Shown piece by piece: positions 17,866 to 27,543 of a DNA stretch of 64,000 nt. Position 1 is the stretch's first letter, and every line of letters starts with the position of its first letter. The translations under genes and the position numbers were made by a program. A model generated the notes under the pieces. That model saw only the letters and a list, made by a program, of their open reading frames with translations, did not search any database and was not told where the DNA came from. Source of the DNA: a virus (taxonomy: Duplodnaviria > Caudoviricetes); the IMG/VR virus record IMGVR_UViG_2921473944_000001, positions 15,954 to 79,953 of that record; one strand, given 5' to 3'.

Positions 17866-18495
17866 TTACATACCCTCCTCATGAATTCTTTCCATAGTTC
17901 TACAATGTTGAATAATACAATCCATCACTGGTAAAATGTCATCAGCTGTTGGTTCGTCATGAATAATTTCATCATTCTGATAGATACATAATTCAACATC
18001 AATATCTCCTGGTTTTACTTTATACTCCAAACAGAAAAGAGCAGCATATGCCAAAAGTTGTTCCATTTTTGCAGGTGCTGTGCCGGTTTTTAAATCGTGT
18101 ATTCTCAAGAAATTATTTCTAAAAGAAATAGCATCAGCTGTTCCATAACAATATGGTGAATAATATAAAATCTGTTCAGGAGTAAGTTTGAACCCTACAC
18201 CGTCATTTACATAGTTCCTAAAGTTACCATAGATACGTTCCATGTCGATTACATTTCTTGGGATACCGTCGCTCAGTAAATGAGATAATACTGTAAGGTC
18301 GTCATTTTTCTTAAGCTTTAGCCCATTTCTGATAAGTGTTTCAGCAAGCTCATGTAATGATGTCCCCATAGCCTGTGCGTAGCTACTTACATATTTCTGG
18401 TAAAGCTGCTCATCCGAATATCTAAGCCAGTGAGGTTGACTAGGTGATAACGTAGCGTGTTTACCGCGTAAGTCATAATGCTTTTCAAATATCAA
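17866..18495 (-). CDS. Cas4/PD-(D/E)XK exonuclease (DUF2800-like)
   Basis: HATLSPS, GTSLHELAE, PEQIL, YGTADAI, IHDLKTG; start refined to TTG 18495 behind GGAGG. Confidence 0.75.
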   Translation of the reverse strand: MIFEKHYDLRGKHATLSPSQPHWLRYSDEQLYQKYVSSYAQAMGTSLHELAETLIRNGLKLKKNDDLTVLSHLLSDGIPRNVIDMERIYGNFRNYVNDGVGFKLTPEQILYYSPYCYGTADAISFRNNFLRIHDLKTGTAPAKMEQLLAYAALFCLEYKVKPGDIDVELCIYQNDEIIHDEPTADDILPVMDCIIQHCRTMERIHEEGM

Positions 18496-18508
18496 TGTAG
18501 TGTCCTCC

Positions 18509-18799
18509 TTATGTATTGAAATGGTTTTGAAGTTCTGCCATAACTTCATCTTCATTTTCCGGAAATATAAATGCTGCGTAAGACATCTGATTCATCTTAT
18601 CTACGTAGTAATCTTGATTTGGCTGATGACTAGCTTTTGCACTTTTCTTAACTTCTAGTGCAGCCCAAGTATTCTCGTAAAATATGGTCAGATCCGGAAT
18701 GCCCTGCAGATATGTTGGATCATTTTTCAGTACAATGCATCCTGGAAATTCATCTTTAATTCTCCGGATAAGTTTAGACTGAAATTTAGATTCTAACAT
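18509..18799 (-). CDS. VRR-NUC domain nuclease (resolvase-like)
   Basis: ESKFQ, GIPDL, ALEVK, QPNQ motifs. Confidence 0.8.
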   Translation of the reverse strand: MLESKFQSKLIRRIKDEFPGCIVLKNDPTYLQGIPDLTIFYENTWAALEVKKSAKASHQPNQDYYVDKMNQMSYAAFIFPENEDEVMAELQNHFNT

Positions 18800-18820
18800 A
18801 CAACCACCCTTTCTTATTGA

Positions 18821-18892
18821 TGGACCTTATAGGAATCGAACCTATTACGTTTCGCTTATGAGGCGACTGTTCTACCAATGAACTAAAGGTCC
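18821..18892 (-). tRNA. tRNA with CAT anticodon, probably tRNA-Ile2 (lysidine type)
   Basis: GGACCTT acceptor/AAGGTCC-A; D arm GTTC/GAAC; loop CTCATAA; T arm ATAGG-TTCGATT-CCTAT; no encoded CCA. Confidence 0.88.
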
Positions 18893-19050
18893 ATAAATAT
18901 AGACAAAAAGAAGGCGCAATGTTTGTCCGATTTGTTGTTGATTGACTGCTTGTTTTTTGCAAATCGGGAGACATTGTACCTTCTCTTCATAACAGGATAA
19001 GTTTTAGTGACGGGCATCGAGTGTTGTAAAAATAGTAGTTTTTGGGCAAA

Positions 19051-19084
19051 AAAAGAAGAGCGCTTGTTTATTTCGCGCCCTTTC
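19051..19084 (-). terminator. Intrinsic terminator
   Basis: GGGCGC-loop-GCGCTC followed by TTCTTTTTTT. Confidence 0.65.
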
Positions 19085-19091
19085 AAAAATA

Positions 19092-19562
19092 TCATTTTAC
19101 GAATTCAAAGTGTAATCCCGCTTTTGTACTTAGCGATGCTTGATTAGCACATCTACTAATAGCACGTCTACCGACGCCTGTATCTCGTGAGCAGTCATTA
19201 ATTGATTTGTATTCTTTACCACTCTCGACACATTTTACTTTTCTATTTCGTCCGTTCTTTTCTGACAAAATATCTTTAGGTTTTCGCCACTCTAAATTAC
19301 TGGCTTCCGGATTAGTCTTGTCTCCATCCTTATGAGTAATGACCATACCATCTTCATAACCGTCAACAAACATTCGTCCAACAAGTGTACTTACATTTCT
19401 TGTATATTGCTTACCGTCTTCTGTAAGACTTACTCGTGTGTATCCTCGATCTGAAATATATGTAGACATTGCTCTTCCAGTTTTGTGGTTGCGAACATTC
19501 CCCTCATTACTGATGTCGTATCGTGGGAACTCATCACAATGTTTCCATTCTTCATACTCCAT
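19092..19562 (-). CDS. NUMOD4-HNH homing-endonuclease-like protein (possibly degenerate)
   Basis: EEWK..YDISNEGNVRN (NUMOD4); THKDGDKTN..SNLEW; terminal N..H residues not seen. Confidence 0.75.
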   Translation of the reverse strand: MEYEEWKHCDEFPRYDISNEGNVRNHKTGRAMSTYISDRGYTRVSLTEDGKQYTRNVSTLVGRMFVDGYEDGMVITHKDGDKTNPEASNLEWRKPKDILSEKNGRNRKVKCVESGKEYKSINDCSRDTGVGRRAISRCANQASLSTKAGLHFEFVK

Positions 19563-19587
19563 TGGACTATACCTCTCTTTCCAAATG

Positions 19588-20016
19588 TCAATAAACTAAC
19601 AACTCTGTAGGAGAACACTGCAGAGCCCTAGCTATTCGTTCTAAGTTATACGTGCTTGGTGTTGCTTTTGCTTGTGCATATCTATTAATCATTGCTGTAG
19701 ATATTCCACTTCGCCTAGCTAACACATCTTGTGACACAGCGGTACGATACATCTTTTCTCGTAAGTTTCTTGATAATCGAATACGATATTCTTCTTCCGA
19801 AATATCATCTTCCGCTTCCGGATTAAGGTCTCTATTACCTAACGGTCTTATGGTCGGTCCTATCATGTCGAAGACCCAGAATGTCCCATTATCCAATCTT
19901 ACTGTTATTTCCATCTGTCCACTTGGAAACCAGTGTATTGTTCGCGCTGCATATCGTGGGTATACATTAGCGTAATATTCAAACATAGTTTCCCAATAAT
20001 CAATTCCTTTCTTCAT
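19588..20016 (-). CDS. XRE-family HTH regulator
   Basis: SQDVLARRSGISTAMINRYAQAKATPS..LERIARALQCSPTEL. Confidence 0.8.
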   Translation of the reverse strand: MKKGIDYWETMFEYYANVYPRYAARTIHWFPSGQMEITVRLDNGTFWVFDMIGPTIRPLGNRDLNPEAEDDISEEEYRIRLSRNLREKMYRTAVSQDVLARRSGISTAMINRYAQAKATPSTYNLERIARALQCSPTELLVY

Positions 20017-20039
20017 TACGTCCTCCTTAATCTAAAGTA

Positions 20040-20435
20040 TCAATAATCCTTATACTGCCCGTTAATAGACCAGTAATTCCCCAAAAACAAAAAATTACGG
20101 AATTTATTTATATTAATTCCCAAATTAAACTATTGTATAATTTCTTAAACTATTGTTTAATTTGACTCTTATGGGAATATAAGGGTATATAAATTTTTAC
20201 AAAAAACACCACATTTTCGATTTTTTGTAAACATTAAATACGTTTTAAGTCCCAAAACACCCAATTTTTAACCTAAAATAGCGTTTTTACCACAAAAATC
20301 GACGAATTAATGTTTACAATAAATCGTTTTTCGAATTAATGTTTACAAAAAATACCCTATTAAATGTTTACAAAAAATCAAAATCGAATAAATGTTTACA
20401 ATAAATAGGGCAAAATGAATAAATGTTTACAAAAA
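20040..20435. repeat. AT-rich origin/centromere-like region with AATGTTTACAA repeats
   Basis: Direct copies at 20309, 20338, 20363, 20391, 20422; inverted copy at 20225-20235; palindrome CAAATTAAAC/GTTTAATTTG at about 20121-20164. Confidence 0.85.
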
Positions 20436-20642
20436 ATCAATCCCATTTTCCATCATTTTATACGTATAATCGACCCATTTTTTAAGCATATCAGCCTTTG
20501 AAATGTTACGACTTTCGCATATAAAATTAAGTTTATCGGTAGTCTCATCAGCAATTCGCATAGCTACAACATTATGCTTACCACCAGATTTAGATGGTCT
20601 ACCTCTCTTTCGCTTGTTCTCTTCCACTAGCATCACCTCCAC
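20427..20642 (-). CDS. Ribbon-helix-helix (CopG-like) DNA-binding protein with KRGRP motif
   Basis: KRGRPSK..VVAMRI..ET.DKL..I..SRNISKADML; stop overlaps the last repeat. Confidence 0.6.
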   Translation of the reverse strand: MEVMLVEENKRKRGRPSKSGGKHNVVAMRIADETTDKLNFICESRNISKADMLKKWVDYTYKMMENGIDFL

Positions 20643-20645
20643 GTC

Positions 20646-20939
20646 TTATATAAAATAAACCAACAACGTAAGATAATGTATCACTTGATCGGCAGTATAC
20701 GAAATCTTATTAAAACTTGCCTTTAATGGATCGACTATGCCGTGCATCAGTAGAATTACACCTAACTGCCAGGTCATACCAAATACGAAATAAAACGGTA
20801 CACAATATAATAAACAATGCACCAACATGTGATATCGATTCTCGCCTTTACTCTTAGCGATGAAATCACATTGCAACACATAGTCACCAATTAAATGGCA
20901 AGATATCAATAATAAAATTTTCTCAAACATTACAATCAC
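20646..20939 (-). CDS. DUF3307-like membrane protein
   Basis: HLIGDYVLQ..KSK..H.LVHCLLY..HGIVD..DQVIH. Confidence 0.7.
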   Translation of the reverse strand: MIVMFEKILLLISCHLIGDYVLQCDFIAKSKGENRYHMLVHCLLYCVPFYFVFGMTWQLGVILLMHGIVDPLKASFNKISYTADQVIHYLTLLVYFI

Positions 20940-20951
20940 CTCATAAAAACT

Positions 20952-22995
20952 TTAGCACCAAGCCCAGACTATGGCGGTAACAATCCCAACAACATGTAAT
21001 ATTATCCATATTGTAAAAATAATCTGATAGGTAACACTACCCTCAAAACAATCGTTAAAATTATCTATTATGTACGACCACAAACCACAATACACAATAA
21101 GTCCAACCACTATACTAAATATACGTAATCCGAGTTTTAAATTTTCCATAAATATAATCACCTCACTAATCTACATATACCTTGCACAGATGAAGACCGC
21201 AAAACAAGCCACCGCCATTCCAATCAGAAGTGGTTTTAAAATATCGATGAGTCTGCCGCCACTTAGATCCCCAGGCTCCATTTCCTCTATCTTCTCTGGC
21301 GCAACCTCTTGTTTATACCACTTACGAAGTTCACGTTTAGCACCATATTTAGTCCAACAATACCGAGTCTCTCTAAACCATACACCATCGCCCCTATGCT
21401 TCACTTGACCAAACCATAATCCCAAAGGTTTATCATACTTAACTCTAAGTTTCATTCTTATGTCTCCTTATAAACTACAAATCATCAAAAACGCAAATAA
21501 AGCAACGACAAGTAAATGCATTCCAATAAAGAAACGACACCATATACTCATAACACGATCAAAGCACCACTTATCATACTTAGTTTCGATCCACTTATCC
21601 CAGTTAACAATAATCATAATCACTGCAACTGCATAAAGAATAATCATACTCCAAACAAACATTACCATAAATTATCAATCCTCCTTAACACCAAGCCTAC
21701 ATTCAATAATCGCATAATAGGTACCATCATGTTCTTCACAATATCGTTTAAACACAGCTCTGTAGTCATCACCGACTTTTAGCTGTTCCTCATATACGAT
21801 GTTTCGATCGGTATCCATAATCACCAGGTATGACCATTGCTCTATACTAATCTCTTTCTTACCTGTATCTCCGATAACCCATTTAGTGACAGCCTCAACA
21901 TACTCATCTGCATACTTACGTTTAACCTCTTGACAAAGATCACAGCTGTGCTTTGACCGAATTTCTTGAACTGGACAGCCAGTACACCGTGTCGCCGAAT
22001 CACACATCTCTTGTGCAAACATAACTACTTCAGTTGCAGTAAGCTTAGTAATAGGCTCAAACATATCATCGGTCCAACTGCAGAGCTCATAGTCCGGATC
22101 ATCAATACGGTAGAAACTAGTATACACTTCAGATATCTTGACAATCTTCCCTAATAATGTATACATACGCCACGTAAAAATGCCATCGCCATATATATCG
22201 CCAACTGCTAAATCTTTTCTAACCCTTAATCTGTCCCCAACCTTATATCTCATACTATTGCCTCCTAATACGCTTCCACTACTTCAAGTTTCTTCAGATC
22301 CTCGATAGACCATACAGTAGAATATATAACTTTAACCATTGGAAACTGTACGTCAAAACCACTAATATACGTGTAATCGGAGCCAGCAACGCACCCTCTA
22401 CTAAACCACTCATCGTTAACTGCATAAACCTTCTTACATACAAATAGTTTACCATCCCTGTCTCTAACAATATATTTATAAGTGTTACCAATACAATCAA
22501 GAAACCTTCTATCGCTCTTAGAAATCACAGGTCTCTCAACATACTCAGAATCAGCCCATTCCTTTCTCGAATTATAGCAAGCACGGTGATTCATCTCGTT
22601 AAGTAAACATTTACCACAACGCAGCTCACGACATGACGCGGGACTTCCTGTGCGTTTATCTACACCAAAACTAACATCCTCACAAACAATGTCTACAATC
22701 TCTTTCACATACTTTTCTTTATTCTTCATAAAAATCAATCCTCCAATCTCTGACCGCATCTATCACAGTAAGTCTGAGGCGGCACACCATGATCTACCAC
22801 ATAACCGCAAAACGGACAATGTATAAGGTGATCAAAACCTACCCATTTCCCCATCTTTCTATTCTTAGCTTTAAGTTTCTGGTACTCTTCCCATTCTCTT
22901 ATGGTGATTTTACGACCTGTTGTGTTTTCCTGTTCTTTTAGACGTTTATATTCATCCATCTCATTTTCCGTAATTAAAAACATCTTCTGTGCCAT
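20952..22995 (-). other. Operon of six small hypothetical/membrane/Cys-rich proteins
   Basis: ORFs 20952..21161, 21171..21455, 21468..21668, 21675..22253, 22265..22759, 22735..22995, tightly packed with RBSs; several CxxC pairs. Confidence 0.65.
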
Positions 22996-23023
22996 GTTTA
23001 CTCTCCTTTCCCAATATCAATCA

Positions 23024-23067
23024 AAAAAAGAAAAGAGTCCAAATCAATCAAGACTCAGACCCCTCTC
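23024..23067 (-). terminator. Cassette-family terminator
   Basis: aaaagaaaagagtccaaatcaatcaagactcagacccctc on plus strand = stem-loop plus T tract on minus. Confidence 0.7.
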
Positions 23068-23085
23068 GGTGGTAAAAATCAATCT

Positions 23086-24709
23086 TTAGTTCTTTTCAGT
23101 TTTCTTCTTTTTCTCATGATAATCTTCGTATAACGATGCTACTAAACATACACCAGCTCCGATCCACATACCACGTATTACGCCTCTAATAGCCGTGTTA
23201 AAACCGACATTATACATTTCACATGCCTGATTATATAACGGTTTAATATAGTGTTCGTCATGTGCTACTAACTGGTTTAATACCTTAAAATCAGCATCAT
23301 CCATATACTTCAATTCATCTTTCTTTCCAAACATAGTCTTTTTCTCCTTTCAGAATCTAAAATATTATTACCATAACAGCCTATGAATATGTCGCGAGAA
23401 ACAAGAAGAGTCCTAGATTTTTCTAAGCCCCCTCTCAAATACTGTTAGATTTTAAATCCTTTTAAATATCCATTTTTTGGTTAATTCTTCCATCATACAG
23501 ATATCGCCTTCACCATAAAAGAAATCAGGCACACGATGCATAAGCTGCAATGCTTTCTTAGTTGCCACTAAATCTCTTTTTAATACTGATAATTTATCAT
23601 CAAGTAAATCAAGATCACCATTGATCCTTATAGTCGTCAATGCATCATCTAATTTCATGCTTAATGAAAATTTACGCAGTGCCTTATATCGAATCTCTGC
23701 AACTCTAGCACGCTCAGCCATTACTAATTCGCGTTCTATCTCTAATTCCTTAATATGCTGTTCTAAATCTGTTCTTGTCATAATGTTACCTCTCTTTCTA
23801 TTTTAGGGTTTTAATTTCTCATAACAGCCTAAGAAAGTATCGCGAATAAAATAAGAGAGCATGTCTAAAATATAGATCAAGCCCTCTTGCTTCGTTACTT
23901 CTTAAATTTTTCCTTGACACGTTCCTGAATAGTTCCGTCCCATACCCATAAATATAGACGATACCAAAACATCGCAAACGTTAGAATTATCTTAATCAGT
24001 ATAATAATTGGCATTAATATCCATCTAATAATTCTAGCCGTTTGGTCCAATTTTGCATGATCCTCTCTATTTATAGTTTGTTTTTCGAATCTTTCCATAA
24101 CTGTTTCCTTTCAAATCTTAAAATATGTATTCCATAACAGCCCATGAAATAGTCGCGAGAAACAATCATACAAGTTTTCTGCCGCAGTTCGGACAATATT
24201 TAATCGGAATATCAACACGAGCAATACTACCAATACCAGCAAGAGCATATAAGTCAGCCTGCAAAATAGGTTCTCTAGCAGTGTCTGTCTCAGTAATATA
24301 TAATCGCAACCCCAATGCATCGGGAGTATCACCAATACCAATGAAAGCACCACCGATATCATTAGTCATATCAGGCTTACCATCAATAGTTTCAACTTTA
24401 CAAAATTCACACATAATTAATACCTCCTTTAAAATATAGCGGTTCTAAAAATGAGACAAAAGAAGAGCCTAAGTCAATTAAGACCTAGGACTCCTACCGT
24501 GTTAACGATTATTTTTAATGCTTCTTTTTAGCAATATGACGGAATTTGAACTCAATCCCGATATTCATAACACTTGTCATGAATTTACAAGCATCAACGT
24601 GCTCCATGCCAAGAAGTTCTAACTTCTTAATACACTTCCCAGCCTCGAGCTGTAATTCTTGAAAACTCATTTCTCTTGCTTTTACGTCAGTAATTTCTTT
24701 CACTTCCAT
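23086..24709 (-). other. Array of single-gene cassettes (23086..23334, 23452..23781, 23895..24098, 24166..24414, 24515..24709)
   Basis: Promoter motifs at 23370, 23818, 24131, 24746; terminators at 23024, 23399, 23847, 24457, 24774. Confidence 0.75.
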
Positions 24710-24822
24710 TGTCAATTCCTCCTTATTGAAACGTTTGTTAATCTTTCTATAACAGCCCATGTAACATTCGCGAATAAAAAGAAGAGCCGTCGTATATTTC
24801 AACTAAGACTCCTCCATTCCCT

Positions 24823-25227
24823 TTACAGATAAGGTTTAATTTCTCTCAGATGATTTTGGATTTTTCCTATTTCGTCGAGCTCACTACATAAATCGGCATA
24901 TCGTTTATCAAGATAGTCTAAATATTCATCCAATTCTTGCTGATCACGAACCAAGTTTCTCTTACCTATAAGCATACGATAATCTGGATTTACGTTATTC
25001 AATGATGCTGCTGGTATCGCATAACAGAAATTATTTCCGTATAGTGTGCCAGGAATATCATTAAAATCCCATTCCTTCTTCGTCTCGTTTATAACCAGAT
25101 AAGCCCTGATCTGTCCGGTGCTAATCCATGCTCTAATTGTCGATTCTCCGACTCCTAATAAATATGCAGCTTCTTCGATTGTGTAATAGTCTCTCATCAT
25201 ATTTTTACCTCTCTTTCTGAATATCAA
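24823..25227 (-). CDS. Excisionase-like/HTH_17 DNA-binding protein
   Basis: YYTIEEAAYLLGVGESTIRAWISTGQIRA. Confidence 0.75.
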   Translation of the reverse strand: MIFRKRGKNMMRDYYTIEEAAYLLGVGESTIRAWISTGQIRAYLVINETKKEWDFNDIPGTLYGNNFCYAIPAASLNNVNPDYRMLIGKRNLVRDQQELDEYLDYLDKRYADLCSELDEIGKIQNHLREIKPYL

Positions 25228-25685
25228 TTTTTCTTTTCTGCATAAGAGAGCCTGTTTCTATCGCGAGGGATAAAAGGATCAGCATCGAAAAATAATAATG
25301 ACATTGTATGATCACAATAAGCATAGTGACGTACCTCAAACGTAATATACAGGTCATCTTTTAATAAAAAGTTTTGCTCAACACATGGTACACACCCGCA
25401 CGTTCTAATGTGATGACAATGCAATCTAATTCTCTTATCATAGACTGGTATAACTCTTACACAATATGTGTCATCGTAACATCTATAAGCCGGATAATTA
25501 AGTTTCTTAAACACTTCATGCTGTTCCTTATCAATTTTAGCCATATAATGATAAAATACTCTATCACCAACAATTCGCTCAGATAGACGATGCTTTGTGA
25601 TATACGCTTTCATTGTAATTTCTTCACTATTTATAAATTTCATAGTATTCATTCCCATACCATACACTCCTTTTAACTTAAACAT
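25224..25685 (-). CDS. Hypothetical protein
   Basis: 153-aa ORF, coupled to the next gene. Confidence 0.55.
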   Translation of the reverse strand: MFKLKGVYGMGMNTMKFINSEEITMKAYITKHRLSERIVGDRVFYHYMAKIDKEQHEVFKKLNYPAYRCYDDTYCVRVIPVYDKRIRLHCHHIRTCGCVPCVEQNFLLKDDLYITFEVRHYAYCDHTMSLLFFDADPFIPRDRNRLSYAEKKN

Positions 25686-25748
25686 ACAATAAAAAAGAGC
25701 CTAAGCCATTTCTGACCTAGACCCTTCTGAATCTGAAAATATCGATGT

Positions 25749-25820
25749 TTACTTGTTCTTACCACCACGAGTTTCTCTTACTGTCTTTTCACCGTCATAA
25801 TATACGATTGTGATTTTCAT
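25749..25820 (-). CDS. 23-aa peptide MKITIVYYDGEKTVRETRGGKNK
   Basis: GGAGGTG RBS, sigma-A-like promoter upstream, terminator at 25690-25728. Confidence 0.55.
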   Translation of the reverse strand: MKITIVYYDGEKTVRETRGGKNK

Positions 25821-25848
25821 ACGTCTCACCTCCATTTAAGTGAAACCA

Positions 25849-25876
25849 ATTCTATCACAAATATAAATTAAATCAA
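25849..25876 (-). promoter_or_regulatory. Host sigma-A-like promoter
   Basis: TTGATT, 16 nt, TGa-TAGAAT. Confidence 0.5.
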
Positions 25877-25935
25877 GTATTGACTTATAAGAACTAGAAA
25901 AACAAAAGGGGCAAGTATATCACCCCTCTGAGAAA

Positions 25936-26229
25936 TTACTGATGAATATAAATCTCATAAACATCAAGATTATCATCATTGTAAATATCAACTTCGAATT
26001 TCATACCCATACATTCAAATGGATAGTCTTCATATAGTTCCGCGTCATTAGGTAGTAATAACGTTGTAGATCCTCCATCAGGAAAACCTATAGTTATACC
26101 CCAATTAAGCGGACTTTTAATAAAGTACACTTGAAGCATGAACAGTTCACCTGTATTGTCGACCTCTAATCCAATATTTACGAAATCACTTTTACGACTC
26201 ACCTGAATTCCTCTTATATTTTTGTTCAT
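25936..26229 (-). CDS. Hypothetical acidic protein (own cassette)
   Basis: Promoter motif 26251, GGAGG RBS, terminator at about 25898-25928. Confidence 0.65.
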   Translation of the reverse strand: MNKNIRGIQVSRKSDFVNIGLEVDNTGELFMLQVYFIKSPLNWGITIGFPDGGSTTLLLPNDAELYEDYPFECMGMKFEVDIYNDDNLDVYEIYIHQ

Positions 26230-26491
26230 ATTGAACCCTCCTTTGTTTTTTTCATAACATAGTAGGATTCTATCGCGATTTCTAGTAACCTCTGTACTTT
26301 AATTATTCAGCCAGTCCTCGAGCATCTTTATAGCAGCATTTTCATACATCTTACAAGTCTCGTTTACTAACTGTTTATTAAACATATCTTTGGTTTTACA
26401 CTGACCATCTGGATAATCTTCAGGATTGGCTACTTCTATCTCACATCTCTCGAAAAATGGACAGGTAAGGCATTCATGAAGTCTTCTAAGT

Positions 26492-26878
26492 TCATTCCTG
26501 CTCAGGTTCATGTAAATCACCCCTCTGTTCACCCGGATTCAAATATTCAATATTATCTCCAAAATCAGTAACAGTAATTCCCCAGATCTTAGTCGGAGCG
26601 AAAAACTGCTGCAATAGAATCTGAGCCTCATCAACGAGAAGACCTTTACGCATAATGTCAGTATTCATAAAAGGTTTATTCTGCTTCATACGGAAGATCT
26701 CTTCAACTGAAAACGGTTCCGGAATATCATATCCCATGTCATTTGCCTGCTTACGAATATAATCAGCCATGCATCGGCTAGGAGCTACGATATAAGCTCC
26801 AGTCTCTGCCGACTTCTTAATCAATGTTGCAGTTTTACCTGAACCTCTAGCCCCTACATAAATATCCATCCTATTCAT
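26492..26878 (-). CDS. Small stand-alone P-loop NTPase
   Basis: Walker A GARGSGKT, Walker B LLVDE, only 128 aa. Confidence 0.7.
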   Translation of the reverse strand: MNRMDIYVGARGSGKTATLIKKSAETGAYIVAPSRCMADYIRKQANDMGYDIPEPFSVEEIFRMKQNKPFMNTDIMRKGLLVDEAQILLQQFFAPTKIWGITVTDFGDNIEYLNPGEQRGDLHEPEQE

Positions 26879-26883
26879 AATAA

Positions 26884-27482
26884 TTACTCCTTTTCTTTAT
26901 CTCTTAATGTACAAACCAATTCATATATCATCTCTTTAGCTGTAAGGTCTGTACGAGCTTTCATAACGCCCTTGAAATAATACTCTACGAAAATATCAAT
27001 AGCTCTTTCTCGATTATCCTCACGAAGCCAAACCATACCATTAAATACATCGCCCTCATCGCCACTACACAGATACTTATGTCCATTATGATATGATTTG
27101 AAATATGCACGCCCACGAGTACAGTTTGATATAAGACCATATACGTCATCAATGTATTCAAGCGTACCTTTCGTAGACTCTAATTTACCTCCAAATATCC
27201 AGTATAACCATACTTCATCCATATCTAACTCTCCTGTGTAGCCCTTAATACATGTCCTACATTATCGACATAACACTCGTGCCAAATTGTGATAGGTTTT
27301 TCATCACCATCTGTAAGGTCAATCCAAGCTGCCAACACTGTATGATTAAATCGCATAGTTTCTACAGCTAACAACGCCGAGTCCAACGATAAACAACAGT
27401 CGTATGAACTTTCTCGATAAGCAAATCTATTAAAATTATCCTGAATAATATAGTTAGTCCAATATCTTTTCATTCTTACCAC
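26884..27482 (-). other. Two hypothetical proteins (26884..27222, 27225..27482)
   Basis: Packed ORFs with RBSs; the first is paralogous to 29727..30065. Confidence 0.6.
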
Positions 27483-27543
27483 CCTTTCTAAAAGAAAAAA
27501 GAGAAGCTAATTAAAGCCTCTCTTAATATTGTTCATCAATCTG

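Noticed and set aside
17866-18495. CRISPR cas4 adaptation gene
   Set aside because: No cas1/cas2 or array; it sits beside VRR-NUC as a typical phage recombination nuclease
20300-20435. CRISPR mini-array
   Set aside because: Repeats are only 11 bp with 14-20 nt AT-rich, partly similar spacers; no leader or cas genes
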